This document shows, piece after piece, positions 1 through 10,800 of a stretch of 64,000 nucleotides of DNA (its first letter is position 1; every line of letters begins with the position of its first letter). The DNA comes from Promethearchaeota archaeon (GTDB taxonomy: Archaea > Asgardarchaeota > Lokiarchaeia > Sigyniarchaeales > SOKP01). Both the position numbers and the translations under genes were made by a program. The stretch spans positions 32,001 to 96,000 of the forward strand of contig JAHPZE010000013.1 of NCBI GenBank assembly GCA_019058365.1, in the 5' to 3' direction. The notes under the pieces were generated by a model. It was given only the letters and a program-made list of their open reading frames with translations, did no database searches and was not told the DNA's origin.

Positions 1-8
1 TCGAAATA

Positions 9-2981
9 TCAATGTATAAAGAGATCAATGTGCTTTGTTGATTTTTTAGATAGATTAAATTGATCTCTGTAATAAAGATCAAGTTTTATCTCATCTGCAG
101 TTGGGTCAAATAGATTTTTTTTCAACTCTTTTCTTTTATCTACTTTTAGGACATAATTAAATTTAAAGATATTTCCTGGTTTAAGTTCATTTACTTGGAG
201 GAACTTAGGAAAACTTTCTTTTCTTTGGAAATTAAGATATGATGGTGTTTTTAGCGATATTTGTAAATCTTTAAAATCAAAGTTTGAAGGATTCATCAAT
301 TTAAAGTTTAGGTAAATTTCATTACCAATTGTCTTAATATTTTTAAAGAAGAGAATTTCTTTTGAATCTGGCATTTCCGATTCAATCTGTTGGAAATAGA
401 GTTTGTCATTAATAATTTTAGTATTGAGTTTATTCTTATTTATAAATTTTAGAATAAGATCCTTCAATCGCTCAATATCTAAATGCATATAGGAAGATAA
501 AAGGTCCAGTTTAATTGGATTCAATATTTTCGAGTAATATTTCAATTGGTTTAAGTAAAGTTTATTATTCGATTTTCGGTTAAAAGTTTTTAATCGATTT
601 ATTAAAAGTTCTTTTGAAGAATTAAACTTATTGATATAAGGTCTAATATATAAATTAAAGACATTATTATCTTCAAATATTTTTTCATTTCCGACGATTG
701 TACTAATTTGTTTTTCTGAATCTTCAATAAAGTTTTGAACTTGTGTTGAATTCATTTCTAATAATTTCCTAGCATCTAAAAATTCGTCTTTTTTAAATAA
801 AAATTCCAGTTTAGAACTGAGGTTATTAAAATCAGTATTAAATTTTTTCATTCCTTCAATTCTTTCTGTAATAATAGATTGAATATGTCCTTGAAGAAGT
901 TGAAAACTTAATTCATTAGTAATCCCATTAATCATTTTAGATTTAATACGTGTACTGCTTATAGGTTCTGCTTCTTCATATTCAACTAATTTGTCTTTCA
1001 TTAATTTAATTTGGCGATCTAAATCATTTAAATATTCTTGAATTTCAATTTTAGTTGCAACCCATTTTTGTAAAAGGTTTTTAAATATTTCGTTGAATTC
1101 TACATTTGATATTAATATTTCTCTAATTTCACCATCCATTTTAAAGAGTTTTTTCCTAATTTGGGTGATATTTACCAATTTTTCTTCTTCAATATAAGCA
1201 AACCCACCATGAGATAATTCTTCGTCTAATTTAATTTCAAACTTGGTTTCTTTCACATAGTCAAATTCAGCTTTTAGAACATCAATACGTTTAATTATTG
1301 TATTAACATGCTCTTTCAAATTAGACGCAAATTCAGCTTTTTTTTCTTCACAAATTTCAGAGATAAAACCTTTAATAATGCTTAATTCTTCAATTATTTG
1401 AATTCTCGTTTCTTCCCATTCTTCGATTAAATCAAAAGCCAATCTTTTATACTCAAATCTATTAATTAGATGGGAAAACTTTTTAATTTTTTTTAAAATT
1501 TTATTGTATTTTTCATTTAACTGGATTTCTGTATCGTTAAATTTGAAATTTTCTATATATGAATTTAATTTTTCCCTAAATTGGGCAGGAATTTTCTGGA
1601 ATTCGATAATTCTATTATGAAAAATTGATAATTCATTATTAATTCGTTTAATGGCTTCATCTATATCTGGAAAGCTTACTCTAATATTTTTTAATGTATA
1701 CATGATTTCAGTTTTAACTTCTGGATCTTTTTCCATATTTAAAGCATTACTCAATTCAATTGTAATCCAGACCGCGATCTTTTTATTTTCTAAAATAAAA
1801 CAAATTTGTTGTAGTAGATTAATCGTTTTTTTTCTTTCTCTCCAAAACCGTGATTCTAATTGATATATAATTTTAGTGATTTCATTTTCTAATTCAATCT
1901 GATATTCTTCAAATAACCGTTGAAAAACGAGTGCTATACCTTCTCTTATATTTTCAGACGGATTTTCCAATTCTTCAAATAAATATGGGAATATTTCAGT
2001 TATATTCTTGCGACTAAGATGAAAAATTGCATTAATTAATGAATTTCTATAATTAGAATCACTTGCTTCTAACATAGAATGTAATAAATTTGCCCAAATT
2101 TGATCAAAATTATTTTCAGCTATATTCACAAGCGCTTCAATAACTTTTAACTGAATCCGATAATCTTTTTCTTTTAATAAGTTAATTAATTTTGGAATTA
2201 TTGAGATTATCTCTGATGATTTTTCTTTCCCAATTTCTCCAAATAACCAAATAATGAGTTCTTTAACTCTATTTTCTTCATTATAAAGGAGATTCAATAG
2301 AATATAGAATATTTTTTCTTTCGAAAGAAAATAGGTTCCATGAATTTTTAAAAGTTCTGCCGCTGCTCGAGCCACATCATCGTCTTCATCCCTTAGGTTA
2401 ATAATTACCATAGATAACAAAGGTTCTAAATTCTGAATTTTTGTATAATCTTGATTTAAAATTTTTTGAATAGTCTTAATTACAAGTAATTTTACTTTCC
2501 AATCGTTATCCATTAATTTTTCTGTATATTCTTCAATTATCTCTAACAATTTGTTTGTATCAATATGTAAAGATAAAATCAGATTACCAATGATCTTTAC
2601 TGTTAATCTCCTTACAGAGGGATCTTGATCGTATAATCTTCCTCTAATTTTCTCTATTGATTCAATGAGTAAATTTGGTCTAAATAGGCTTATTTGATAT
2701 GAAATTTCCAATGAAACTAATCTAATCCAAGAATCTGAATCGTTATTAAAATGAGAAATATTTTTTATTGCTCTCTCTGATATAGCTGGTGATTTATCAC
2801 AGATTAAATTTAATAAGCTTAGGCTTCGATAAATTAACTCTTTATCAGAATGATTTTGATAAGTTTCTATTAAACTAAATATTTCTTCAGCAGCTTTTTC
2901 ATTATATCCATTTAATATTAAACTCTCAATTTTTTCAGTATCTAATAGTTCTTGATGATCAATTGGTTCTCGAGTTGTCAA
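9..2981 (-). CDS. HEAT-repeat protein with coiled-coil middle, PCI-like winged helix and C-terminal Ig-like/appendage beta-sandwich
   Basis: Repeated HEAT motifs in the N-terminal ~430 aa (LYDQDPSVRR, LMDNDWKVK, LRDEDDDVARAAA, LENPSENIREG). PCI-like segment 'IKLDLLSSYMHLDIERLKDLILKFINKNKLNTKI'. Beta-rich C-terminus 'LNFKLMNPSNFDFKDLQISL...ELKPGNIFKFNYVL'. Confidence 0.7.
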   Translation of the reverse strand: MTTREPIDHQELLDTEKIESLILNGYNEKAAEEIFSLIETYQNHSDKELIYRSLSLLNLICDKSPAISERAIKNISHFNNDSDSWIRLVSLEISYQISLFRPNLLIESIEKIRGRLYDQDPSVRRLTVKIIGNLILSLHIDTNKLLEIIEEYTEKLMDNDWKVKLLVIKTIQKILNQDYTKIQNLEPLLSMVIINLRDEDDDVARAAAELLKIHGTYFLSKEKIFYILLNLLYNEENRVKELIIWLFGEIGKEKSSEIISIIPKLINLLKEKDYRIQLKVIEALVNIAENNFDQIWANLLHSMLEASDSNYRNSLINAIFHLSRKNITEIFPYLFEELENPSENIREGIALVFQRLFEEYQIELENEITKIIYQLESRFWRERKKTINLLQQICFILENKKIAVWITIELSNALNMEKDPEVKTEIMYTLKNIRVSFPDIDEAIKRINNELSIFHNRIIEFQKIPAQFREKLNSYIENFKFNDTEIQLNEKYNKILKKIKKFSHLINRFEYKRLAFDLIEEWEETRIQIIEELSIIKGFISEICEEKKAEFASNLKEHVNTIIKRIDVLKAEFDYVKETKFEIKLDEELSHGGFAYIEEEKLVNITQIRKKLFKMDGEIREILISNVEFNEIFKNLLQKWVATKIEIQEYLNDLDRQIKLMKDKLVEYEEAEPISSTRIKSKMINGITNELSFQLLQGHIQSIITERIEGMKKFNTDFNNLSSKLEFLFKKDEFLDARKLLEMNSTQVQNFIEDSEKQISTIVGNEKIFEDNNVFNLYIRPYINKFNSSKELLINRLKTFNRKSNNKLYLNQLKYYSKILNPIKLDLLSSYMHLDIERLKDLILKFINKNKLNTKIINDKLYFQQIESEMPDSKEILFFKNIKTIGNEIYLNFKLMNPSNFDFKDLQISLKTPSYLNFQRKESFPKFLQVNELKPGNIFKFNYVLKVDKRKELKKNLFDPTADEIKLDLYYRDQFNLSKKSTKHIDLFIH

Positions 2982-3425
2982 AGCGGTAGGTAAAATTATG
3001 TTTTTATAAATTGATCCTTCAAATATTTGATCTATTAAACTAGTATAAAAATCTTTTAAAATAATTATGTGAAGAACAAAAAAATTTTCTACTTTAGAGT
3101 AGATACTTTAAAGAGACTATAAACTCTAAATATAGTTCGAAAAATAAATCTATATATAAAATTTTCCACGCAATCTAGTCAAAATTCAAGAATTTAATTA
3201 CTGTAATTATTTAAATAAAAAATTTCACAAGTAAAAGATAATTAAGCTTGGTGAAGAAATAATTAAAAAAATTGATTTAGGACCTTCTTTAAAGTACTAT
3301 TATCTTCTATTTAATGTAGCTAATAACGTAAAGGATAATAATGGAATAAAAGGAATTGAAATGGCACTTGAAAAAATAACAAAAAAAGAATAAGATATTA
3401 AAAGTTTTAGAGAACTTTTTAATTA

Positions 3426-3974
3426 CTATTCAAAAAGTTCAATAATAGCTTCTCCAGGAGTTGCTATTCTTTCTCGATAAGTTAATGTTCCTTCGGGTAC
3501 TTCTTTAGTTTTTACTAAACCTCTTTCAATATCTTGTTCAGAAATGTAACCTCTTTCCCCGGCTTCAAATTGTTTTACTAATTTTCCTTCTTTATCTTTT
3601 ATATCAACACTCGTTATTGTTGTTTGTTTTACAGCAAAATATACTCTTTTCCCTTCTATCTTATTAACTGTTGCTTCAGTGATTAGAAGATCTCCACATC
3701 TTACCATTCCTCTCATCTGTACACTAATATCGATAATTTTTCCGTATTTCCCATGTTCGAGAAAATCTTCGAATAATTTTGAAATAAAGCCAAAACTCAG
3801 TAACCCGTGACCAATAACACCTTTAAGTCCTGCCCTCTCAGCTATAACATCATTAGTATGAATAGGGTTAGTATCTCCTGATGCTTTAGCATATTGTTTT
3901 AATAGATCTCGAGTAAGTCCCTCAAATTCATTTTTTAATACTTGACCAACCTTTAACTCTGAAATTTTAACCAT
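3426..3974 (-). CDS. MaoC-family (R)-specific dehydratase, catalytic subunit
   Basis: Hydratase-2 motif YAKASGDTNPIH...GVIGHGLL. The start is likely the ATG at 3974 (MVKISEL), directly after the upstream gene stop, rather than 4049. Confidence 0.9.
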   Translation of the reverse strand: MVKISELKVGQVLKNEFEGLTRDLLKQYAKASGDTNPIHTNDVIAERAGLKGVIGHGLLSFGFISKLFEDFLEHGKYGKIIDISVQMRGMVRCGDLLITEATVNKIEGKRVYFAVKQTTITSVDIKDKEGKLVKQFEAGERGYISEQDIERGLVKTKEVPEGTLTYRERIATPGEAIIELFE

Positions 3975-3975
3975 T

Positions 3976-4476
3976 TTAATACCCTCCTTTACGAAGACCA
4001 GCAGAAATTGTAATATTGCAAACTGGCTCGTTATTTTGATTTTTAACATGCACTAAGAAATCAGCAATCATCATCATATTTTTTTCTATCAATTTTATAT
4101 CTATGCATTTTCCTGTTACTGTTAGTTTATCTCCAGGTTTAACGTCAACGCATCCCTCCCAATTAAATCGATTCCCAGCATGTAAAAGCTTACCCGGATC
4201 AAGCATAATTCCACGTTCTTTACCATCTTGGTCTAATTTAAATCCAAGTAATAATTTATAAATCGCTTTGATTGTAAAGTAATTTGCAAAGGCATGGCAT
4301 GCAACAACTCCTTCCTCTTCGGGTCCAACATATTTTGGATCAGTTATTCCATATACTTTAGCAAAATTGACCATATTTCTATATCTAATATTTACAGTAG
4401 TGGAACCAGGAATATCCATTCCTTTCATGTTGTTTATTAGAAACTCAGCATTCTTTTTCATTTCCTCAATATCCAT
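3976..4476 (-). CDS. MaoC-like/FAS1-like dehydratase partner subunit (hot-dog fold)
   Basis: FAKVYGITDPKY, LLHAGNRFNW, VKPGDKLTV, VKNQNNEPV match the non-catalytic hot-dog partner pattern. Translationally coupled to the MaoC gene. Confidence 0.8.
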   Translation of the reverse strand: MDIEEMKKNAEFLINNMKGMDIPGSTTVNIRYRNMVNFAKVYGITDPKYVGPEEEGVVACHAFANYFTIKAIYKLLLGFKLDQDGKERGIMLDPGKLLHAGNRFNWEGCVDVKPGDKLTVTGKCIDIKLIEKNMMMIADFLVHVKNQNNEPVCNITISAGLRKGGY

Positions 4477-4611
4477 TTTAATTTGACTCTTGATTTTTAT
4501 TTACTTTAAAAATTATATTAATTATAATTTAGGTTCAATTTAATTAAAACTTTAATTATAAATCTTTATTAAAATGTCAGTAAATCCAAGTTTATTTATT
4601 TGTAAAGCTTT

Positions 4612-5334
4612 TCATTTAATTCTAGTATAAATTTCTTCTTCCGGTTTAACCGCTTGAAAATATTTTAAGATTCGAGTTTTATTTTTTGACCCATTTAGAA
4701 TAATACATGAGATTTGATATCTATCTATTAGAATCGTTAAATAAGGGTCTATTGGTTTTGATCTTTCCTTTAATTCTTCTCTATCAGATTTTAGTTCAGC
4801 TAATTTTCCCAATTCTTTCATTTCCTTAAATTCCAAAGTTGAGATTTCTTTTATTACTTGATTTTTGTTATTTAGTATCCCATCTACATCTTTAATTAAA
4901 AAGCATTCATTTAATCCCAGTTCTTTTGCTAAAAATAGAGTTATTGAATCAGAAGTAGCATCCCAACTATGTGGTAACTTATCATTGTCTTTAAGAAATT
5001 GAAAGGGTAAAAATAAACAGAAACTTTTTTTTAAATTCTTCAACCGATTAAAATCTTCTGTAACTTCTAAATTAGGAAATTTTTTATTTAACTCTAATCC
5101 ATTATAATTCATAGAAATAATCCCCATCCAATGAGCAAGCTCTTCAGTGAATTTTAATTCACTATGTGCGTTTCTAATAAAATTAGCGAATGAGCCGCCT
5201 CCGGGTATTAAGATTATATTCGAGATTAATTTTTTCTTATATAATTGTCTTAATTGAGAAATTGTTGAATTTAGGTTATCAAAATCCTCTAATATTTTCC
5301 CTCCAATTTTAAATATCACAGTTTTGTGTTTCAT
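4612..5334 (-). CDS. mfnE: Amino-acid-kinase family protein, MfnE-like (methanofuran/C1 cofactor biosynthesis)
   Basis: KIGG, IPGGGSFANFIR, AHWMGI, LPHSWDATSDSI and KDVDGI motifs; adjacent to an mfnF-like gene. Confidence 0.7.
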   Translation of the reverse strand: MKHKTVIFKIGGKILEDFDNLNSTISQLRQLYKKKLISNIILIPGGGSFANFIRNAHSELKFTEELAHWMGIISMNYNGLELNKKFPNLEVTEDFNRLKNLKKSFCLFLPFQFLKDNDKLPHSWDATSDSITLFLAKELGLNECFLIKDVDGILNNKNQVIKEISTLEFKEMKELGKLAELKSDREELKERSKPIDPYLTILIDRYQISCIILNGSKNKTRILKYFQAVKPEEEIYTRIK

Positions 5335-5349
5335 ATTATTATATATATA

Positions 5350-6438
5350 TCATAATTGATAATAAAATGCTCCCGCAACAGCAAAAGCTGATGAGCTAAC
5401 ATGATTAGGAGTAGAAGTTATTTCTTCATAACTTAAAATATTTCTGAATCCTAAATCTTGAAGCGTATTTCTAATGAGAAAATCAGCTGATAAACCAGTT
5501 ATTACAAATTTTGGGTTATCTTTAAATTCTTGGAATCTTACAATAAGATTATTCATAAATGCTCTAATTTCTTTTTTAATAATATCTAATTGCTTCTGGT
5601 AAATATAATTAGCTATAAGGTTTAAATCTTGCTTTGAAATTGTTTCAATATCCAAGCAGATTATCCTAGAAAGGCGAGCATAACAGTCATATAATGATTT
5701 AGAACGATTATCAGCAGTATCATTAATGTAGTCTTTTTCTGAAATATTGTTTAAAATTCTATGTACATCAGAGATTAATGCAAATTTTTCAAATGAAATA
5801 CGTATATTTTTCCCTTTATAAGGAACATGGTGAGTTATAGAAGGTAATGTTGCTCTTAAACCTCCAGTATAGATTAACTCATGATTTATTAGACGAGAAA
5901 TATCATCTTTTCCCTTTGGAACGGGAAATGATTTAAGAACAGGAATAATATCAATAGTTGTCGATCCTGCATCAATTAAAATACAGTCCGATATAAATTT
6001 TCCAAGGAATAAAGCGGTTGAAGCCCAATTAGCTGCTGAAATTGAGGAATGTTCAGATTTAGCGGTTTCATAATCAACAAATTTAATTTTATTAGTAATG
6101 AATTTTAATTTATCCTTCTCAAAAACTGTTGTAAGCGCATTTAAAATAGTATGAATTCCTTCTTTCTTTGTTTGAAAAGCATCAGATAATTCTGCTGTAA
6201 TTGCTATTACGATGTTATGGACATTATTTAAACTATAACCATTTTTATCAATAAGATTTGAGACGATTTTTTTGAGCGTTTTGGGTATATCATTTACACT
6301 TTTTTCCCAAAAAGGAAAATATTCGATATATGAATCAGATTTTATAATATTTAAATTATTGAATAAAATAAGACTTGCTTTGGTATTAGCACCTCCTATG
6401 TCGAGTCCTAAGATAAGGAAATCATTCTTTTTTTGCAT
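5350..6438 (-). CDS. mfnF: Hydantoinase/oxoprolinase-family H4MPT/methanofuran-linked protein, MfnF-like
   Basis: GLDIGGANTK, TAELSDAF, SAANW, DAGSTTIDIIP, ELIYTG, TADNR motifs. Confidence 0.8.
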   Translation of the reverse strand: MQKKNDFLILGLDIGGANTKASLILFNNLNIIKSDSYIEYFPFWEKSVNDIPKTLKKIVSNLIDKNGYSLNNVHNIVIAITAELSDAFQTKKEGIHTILNALTTVFEKDKLKFITNKIKFVDYETAKSEHSSISAANWASTALFLGKFISDCILIDAGSTTIDIIPVLKSFPVPKGKDDISRLINHELIYTGGLRATLPSITHHVPYKGKNIRISFEKFALISDVHRILNNISEKDYINDTADNRSKSLYDCYARLSRIICLDIETISKQDLNLIANYIYQKQLDIIKKEIRAFMNNLIVRFQEFKDNPKFVITGLSADFLIRNTLQDLGFRNILSYEEITSTPNHVSSSAFAVAGAFYYQL

Positions 6439-6649
6439 ATCTTTCTTTTAAATCGCTAATTAACTTATCTAAATTTTCCCCTGAGAGAGCATTTGTTAAA
6501 TAAAATTGACCATCAATAAGATTTAATTTTTTCTTTAAATATGCAATTTCTGTCTCTTTAGCTAAATCGATTTTATTAAAGATAATAATAATTTCAATAT
6601 GTCTTTCTTTTGAAAAAATATCTTTAATTTCATTAAATAATTCAATTTT
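6422..6649 (-). pseudogene. Orphan 3' fragment of a NOG1-family GTPase gene (probable island junction)
   Basis: Startless open frame KIELFNEIKDIFSKERHIEIIIIFNKIDLAKE...YLTNALSGENLDKLISDLKERYAKKE*. It has the G4 (NKID) and a G5-like motif and overlaps the mfnF start. No G1-G3 motifs; in-frame stop just upstream. Confidence 0.7.
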
Positions 6650-6662
6650 ATTATTTTATTAT

Positions 6663-6974
6663 TTATTCATCTTTTTTTGTAATTGTAAGACCAATAATAG
6701 TAATATGACCACAAACATCTTTGTTATAACAACCATTACATATAAGATTTTTATTTTTATGTTTTTTACAATATCCACTTTGACAATTTTTACATCTTTT
6801 TTCAATTTCATTTATAGGGTAAGATCCATCTGATCCAATTTGATATTCAGAACTAAATTCAAAATGACTTTTTAAATCTTCTCCATTGATATAATTAAAA
6901 TATTCTTTTGCACATTTTTCTGAGCACATAGTAAAACCATCTGTAATTAAATTTCCACAGTTTAAACATTTCAA
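6663..6974 (-). CDS. Small Cys-rich zinc-binding hypothetical protein
   Basis: CLNCG...CSEKC (TRASH-like), plus CKNC..C..H and CNGC..C.H clusters; GGTGA RBS upstream of the TTG start. Confidence 0.65.
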   Translation of the reverse strand: MKCLNCGNLITDGFTMCSEKCAKEYFNYINGEDLKSHFEFSSEYQIGSDGSYPINEIEKRCKNCQSGYCKKHKNKNLICNGCYNKDVCGHITIIGLTITKKDE

Positions 6975-7016
6975 TATTTTTATTCACCTTTCTAAGAATT
7001 TAATAGAAAAAAAAGA

Positions 7017-7340
7017 TTATTGAGGAAAACATTTGAAAGGCTTTCCATTAATAGAATGGATATATTGATCGTTAAGAGAACGATTTTTATATTCTTCATA
7101 TCGATCTTTATAAAATTTAAAATCCTCAGAAGAAATTGAATTATCATCTAATGCTTTTTTAAGATTCTCAATGTAATTATCATAGTCTTGTTCTAAATAG
7201 AGAAAATAACCAAAAGGGCGATCTCCTTTAGGTTTCCATTTCAAAAATTTTCCAACAATAGTGTGATTTAAAAATTCAATTTTGATTACTTCATTTTCAG
7301 CAAAAGAGGGATATTCCGATTCTAAAATGTTAGTTGTCAT
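7017..7340 (-). CDS. Hypothetical protein
   Basis: 107-aa ATG ORF, co-oriented with its neighbour; no recognised motif. Confidence 0.55.
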   Translation of the reverse strand: MTTNILESEYPSFAENEVIKIEFLNHTIVGKFLKWKPKGDRPFGYFLYLEQDYDNYIENLKKALDDNSISSEDFKFYKDRYEEYKNRSLNDQYIHSINGKPFKCFPQ

Positions 7341-7855
7341 AATTATAATGAATATAATTAAGATTATAAATAAAAAGAGAGTGAAAAATTAATTACTAAC
7401 ATTAGGATTAAGTTTATAAAAGAAATAAAGAATTAATCTAAACATAATTGTTTTTCCTGTTCTAAATTAAATGTCTTTAACTTTTTATAATAATATGTAA
7501 TAAAGTCTTGTAGTTTAAACCAATTTATTCTTTTTGGATTATTACATTTTTTGAATAGATTATTACTCATTTTTTATAGTCTCATTTTTCTCGTCATCCC
7601 AATTCTGAAGTAATTAATTGACTAATATTTATTTGTGTTTGTTTTGAAATTTTAGAATTGAATAAAAGAAATATTTCATTTAAATATATTTATATAAATC
7701 TAAATAAGTATATTATTATTTATTTAACAAAATATTTTAATACTTTTTTCATCTTTATAAATATTTATATATATTAATTTTTTCATTTTTTATGTATTCA
7801 ATAGACTAATCAATATCACTGAAACCTCCAAGAGAATTTTATTAAAAGGCGTAAA

Positions 7856-10800
7856 ATGTCAACTATATTAAAAGAAAATTTAAGCGTTGATAATAAAGGA
7901 ATAGCTTTAATTCAACGTAAGATATTAAAGGAATTTATCGATCCAACTCTGAAAAGAATACCGTATACTTTTAACGATGCTGAAAATCAAATTCAAATTC
8001 AAATTGGAATTAATGAAAAAGATGTTGAAGCATATATAGAAGAGAATCCTTTTCAACGTAGAAAGTTTCTCTCTTTTGAGATTATTGAAAAAAAAATTAA
8101 AAAATCAAAAAGTTATGAGGATATTGAAAAAATAATTAAGAAAAAATTAGCGACTATAGATGATTTCTCAAAAGTTTCTGAGATCATTGAGAATATCAAA
8201 CAAATGTATGAGACAGAAAAGGTTTTCCGCTTTAGTTTTACTAAATCACGTTATCTAAAACGATTTCTCAATAAAAGTTTTGATGTTATATTATCTGATA
8301 AAAAAAAATATCTTGTATTTGATTTCAAATCAATCCAAGACATAAATCCGAGAGTTTTGAACACCACCATACGTCAAGGAACATTATTAATCCATAAAAT
8401 TGGCCCTCCTAAAGTAATAAAATATTACAATAATAAAAATTACGCTATTTTTAAAGTTTTTTCGTTAATGAATAAACATACAAATAATTTTAATAAGATA
8501 TATGATTTATTAATAACTCCAAATGAAAATATAGTAAATCAAATATATCAAGATAAACAATATGATAATCCTAATGTGTTTTTTGGAAAATATGGTAAAG
8601 ATGAAGAGAGTAAAAGTCAGAATTTCTATATAAGCAAGTTAAAATTTGAAGAATTCTTAAAATCTTATGGTTCAAAATTTCTCTTTGTTCAACATAAAAC
8701 TACAGGAGAGATCTTTGAAATTCCTTTTGATGAGGAAAAATATCACAGATTTCTTTTAGATTTTAAGTATTATAATGATTATGAATCGTTATCAAAAGCA
8801 CAAGAAAAGGCAAACAGAGGGATAGATCCATATTACTCGTACTATGAAGAGTTCTTAAAAAAAACGAAACAAAAGAAAATAAATTATAACAATCAATTTT
8901 TAGAAAGTTTAGACGTTAAAGATTTGTTGATATTAATCGGAGTCAAGAAAGCTATTGGTGATAATGAAAAAACTACAATTGAAGAGGCATTTAAATCTTA
9001 TATTAAAACATGTGAAGAAAAAAATAAAAAAACCTTTACTAAAAATACGTTTGAATCTCATATAAATACACTAGAAGAAAAAAATTTGATTTCAATTAGG
9101 AAAAGAAAAGATGAAAAGAAAATTTATCAGTTTCTTTATTTAAAATCTTATTCTCTAACGGAATTGTTAAAAACTTATAATGAAAAAGAAAATTTGAACT
9201 ATATTTTAGAGAATTTGGAAGATTTAGACTTCTCAACAAGAGTTAAAAGAGAACTTTTCGATGTTGATGTTTCCGTTTACTTTATGAATAACATGGAGAT
9301 CTTAGTTTCCAGAGATAGTGAACTTGAAATAGATTATACAAAAAACCTATTACAAGAAGATTTAACAAATCAGTTTCAAAATGCTAAAGAAATTTTTCAC
9401 AAAACTTATCAAAATCTCATTTTACAAAAAGATATTTATAAGCTTACAAGTGAAAATGACAAAAATTTATTAAATCTCTTGAAAGAGTTAAAATATAAAA
9501 GTCTACTTGAATTTAATGAAGAGTTTGTTATTGACTGTATATATTACTTCTCAATCCTTAAAAAAAATATAAATTTTATAAAAAATCGATTTGAAATTAG
9601 AGATCATGCTTTATTAGAAACTATCTCTATTGTTCAAGGAGTTAGAAATGCTTTTAGAAAGCACTTTTCTAAAGAATCTTCCATTTCCCATTTCAATTCA
9701 TTCTTTAATTTGAAATTTAGTAATTTTACTGTAGTAAATTCTCAATTTCTTTATAAAATTCAAAAGGCTTGTCAAGATTTGATTTTTATGTTTGAAACCG
9801 CTCAAGATTTGAAACTGATTCGAGAAAAATTTAAAAATAAATTTCACACAAATTTTGAATTTAAGCATATTATAAATGATATACAGGCATTAATAGAGCC
9901 AAAATTAAATGTCTACCAAGATGATTTTGACTTAATTTTATCAGAACTTGAAAATGGAGTTAAAAAGAAAAAAGAAGCAGGAAATAATATTGATGAAATT
10001 ACTAAACTTCTAACTGACCAATTAAAAGATAGTTTTTCAAATCAGAAAGAATTTGACAATACTACAAAAACAATTGCAGACATTTTAAAAGCAAAACTAT
10101 CTCCAACATTTGACTATACTAATACAATTAAAGAGATCGATTCATATTTTAAACAAAATATAACTTCTGAAGAGGAAATAACTAAAGTTCTCGACTATGT
10201 TGAGGGAAATCTCAGAAATGACTTCGAAGATAAAAAGAAATTTTTTAGCATTCTTAATAAAATAAGAAACATATATGAGCTGAAAATCGAAAATACCAAG
10301 AAATACAAGCGAATTATAAAACATATAAACAATACCTTTAATAGTTTAACCATTGAAGCAGACGTAGAAAAAATTAAAGGGTATATTGAAAAGAATCTGG
10401 CTGATACTTTCAACACAGCAAGTCAACAACAAAATATTTTACGGCAAATAGATCAAGCTTATAAAAACAAAATGGAAAGTCCAAATGAGCTTGAGGATAT
10501 TACTAAACTATGTTTTGCAGTAATTCGATTGTTATTATCTGATACAGTTTGGCACAATATATTAACAGCTTCGGTTTTCGGTTTATTTGTATTAGCCATT
10601 GATAAAGATAAAGACATTAAATTAGGTTCAATTTGTAAAACATTGAATATACAGCACACCTCTATGAACTTACATATTAAAAAGATCATTAAAGACAACA
10701 TAAATAAAAAAGGAAAACAGAGATTTGAAGATTTGAAGGTAAAAAATGAGGAAACTCGAGAGAAGGTAAGAGAACGATTGGTAGAATTATTAATGAGTTC

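Noticed and set aside
3180-3393. Coding-like + strand stretch (KIIKLGEEIIKKIDLGPSLKYYY...)
   Set aside because: No start codon, an internal stop and no recognisable family.
7433-7570. 45-aa minus-strand ORF MSNNLFKKCNNPKRINWF...
   Set aside because: No motif or clear RBS; cannot be supported.
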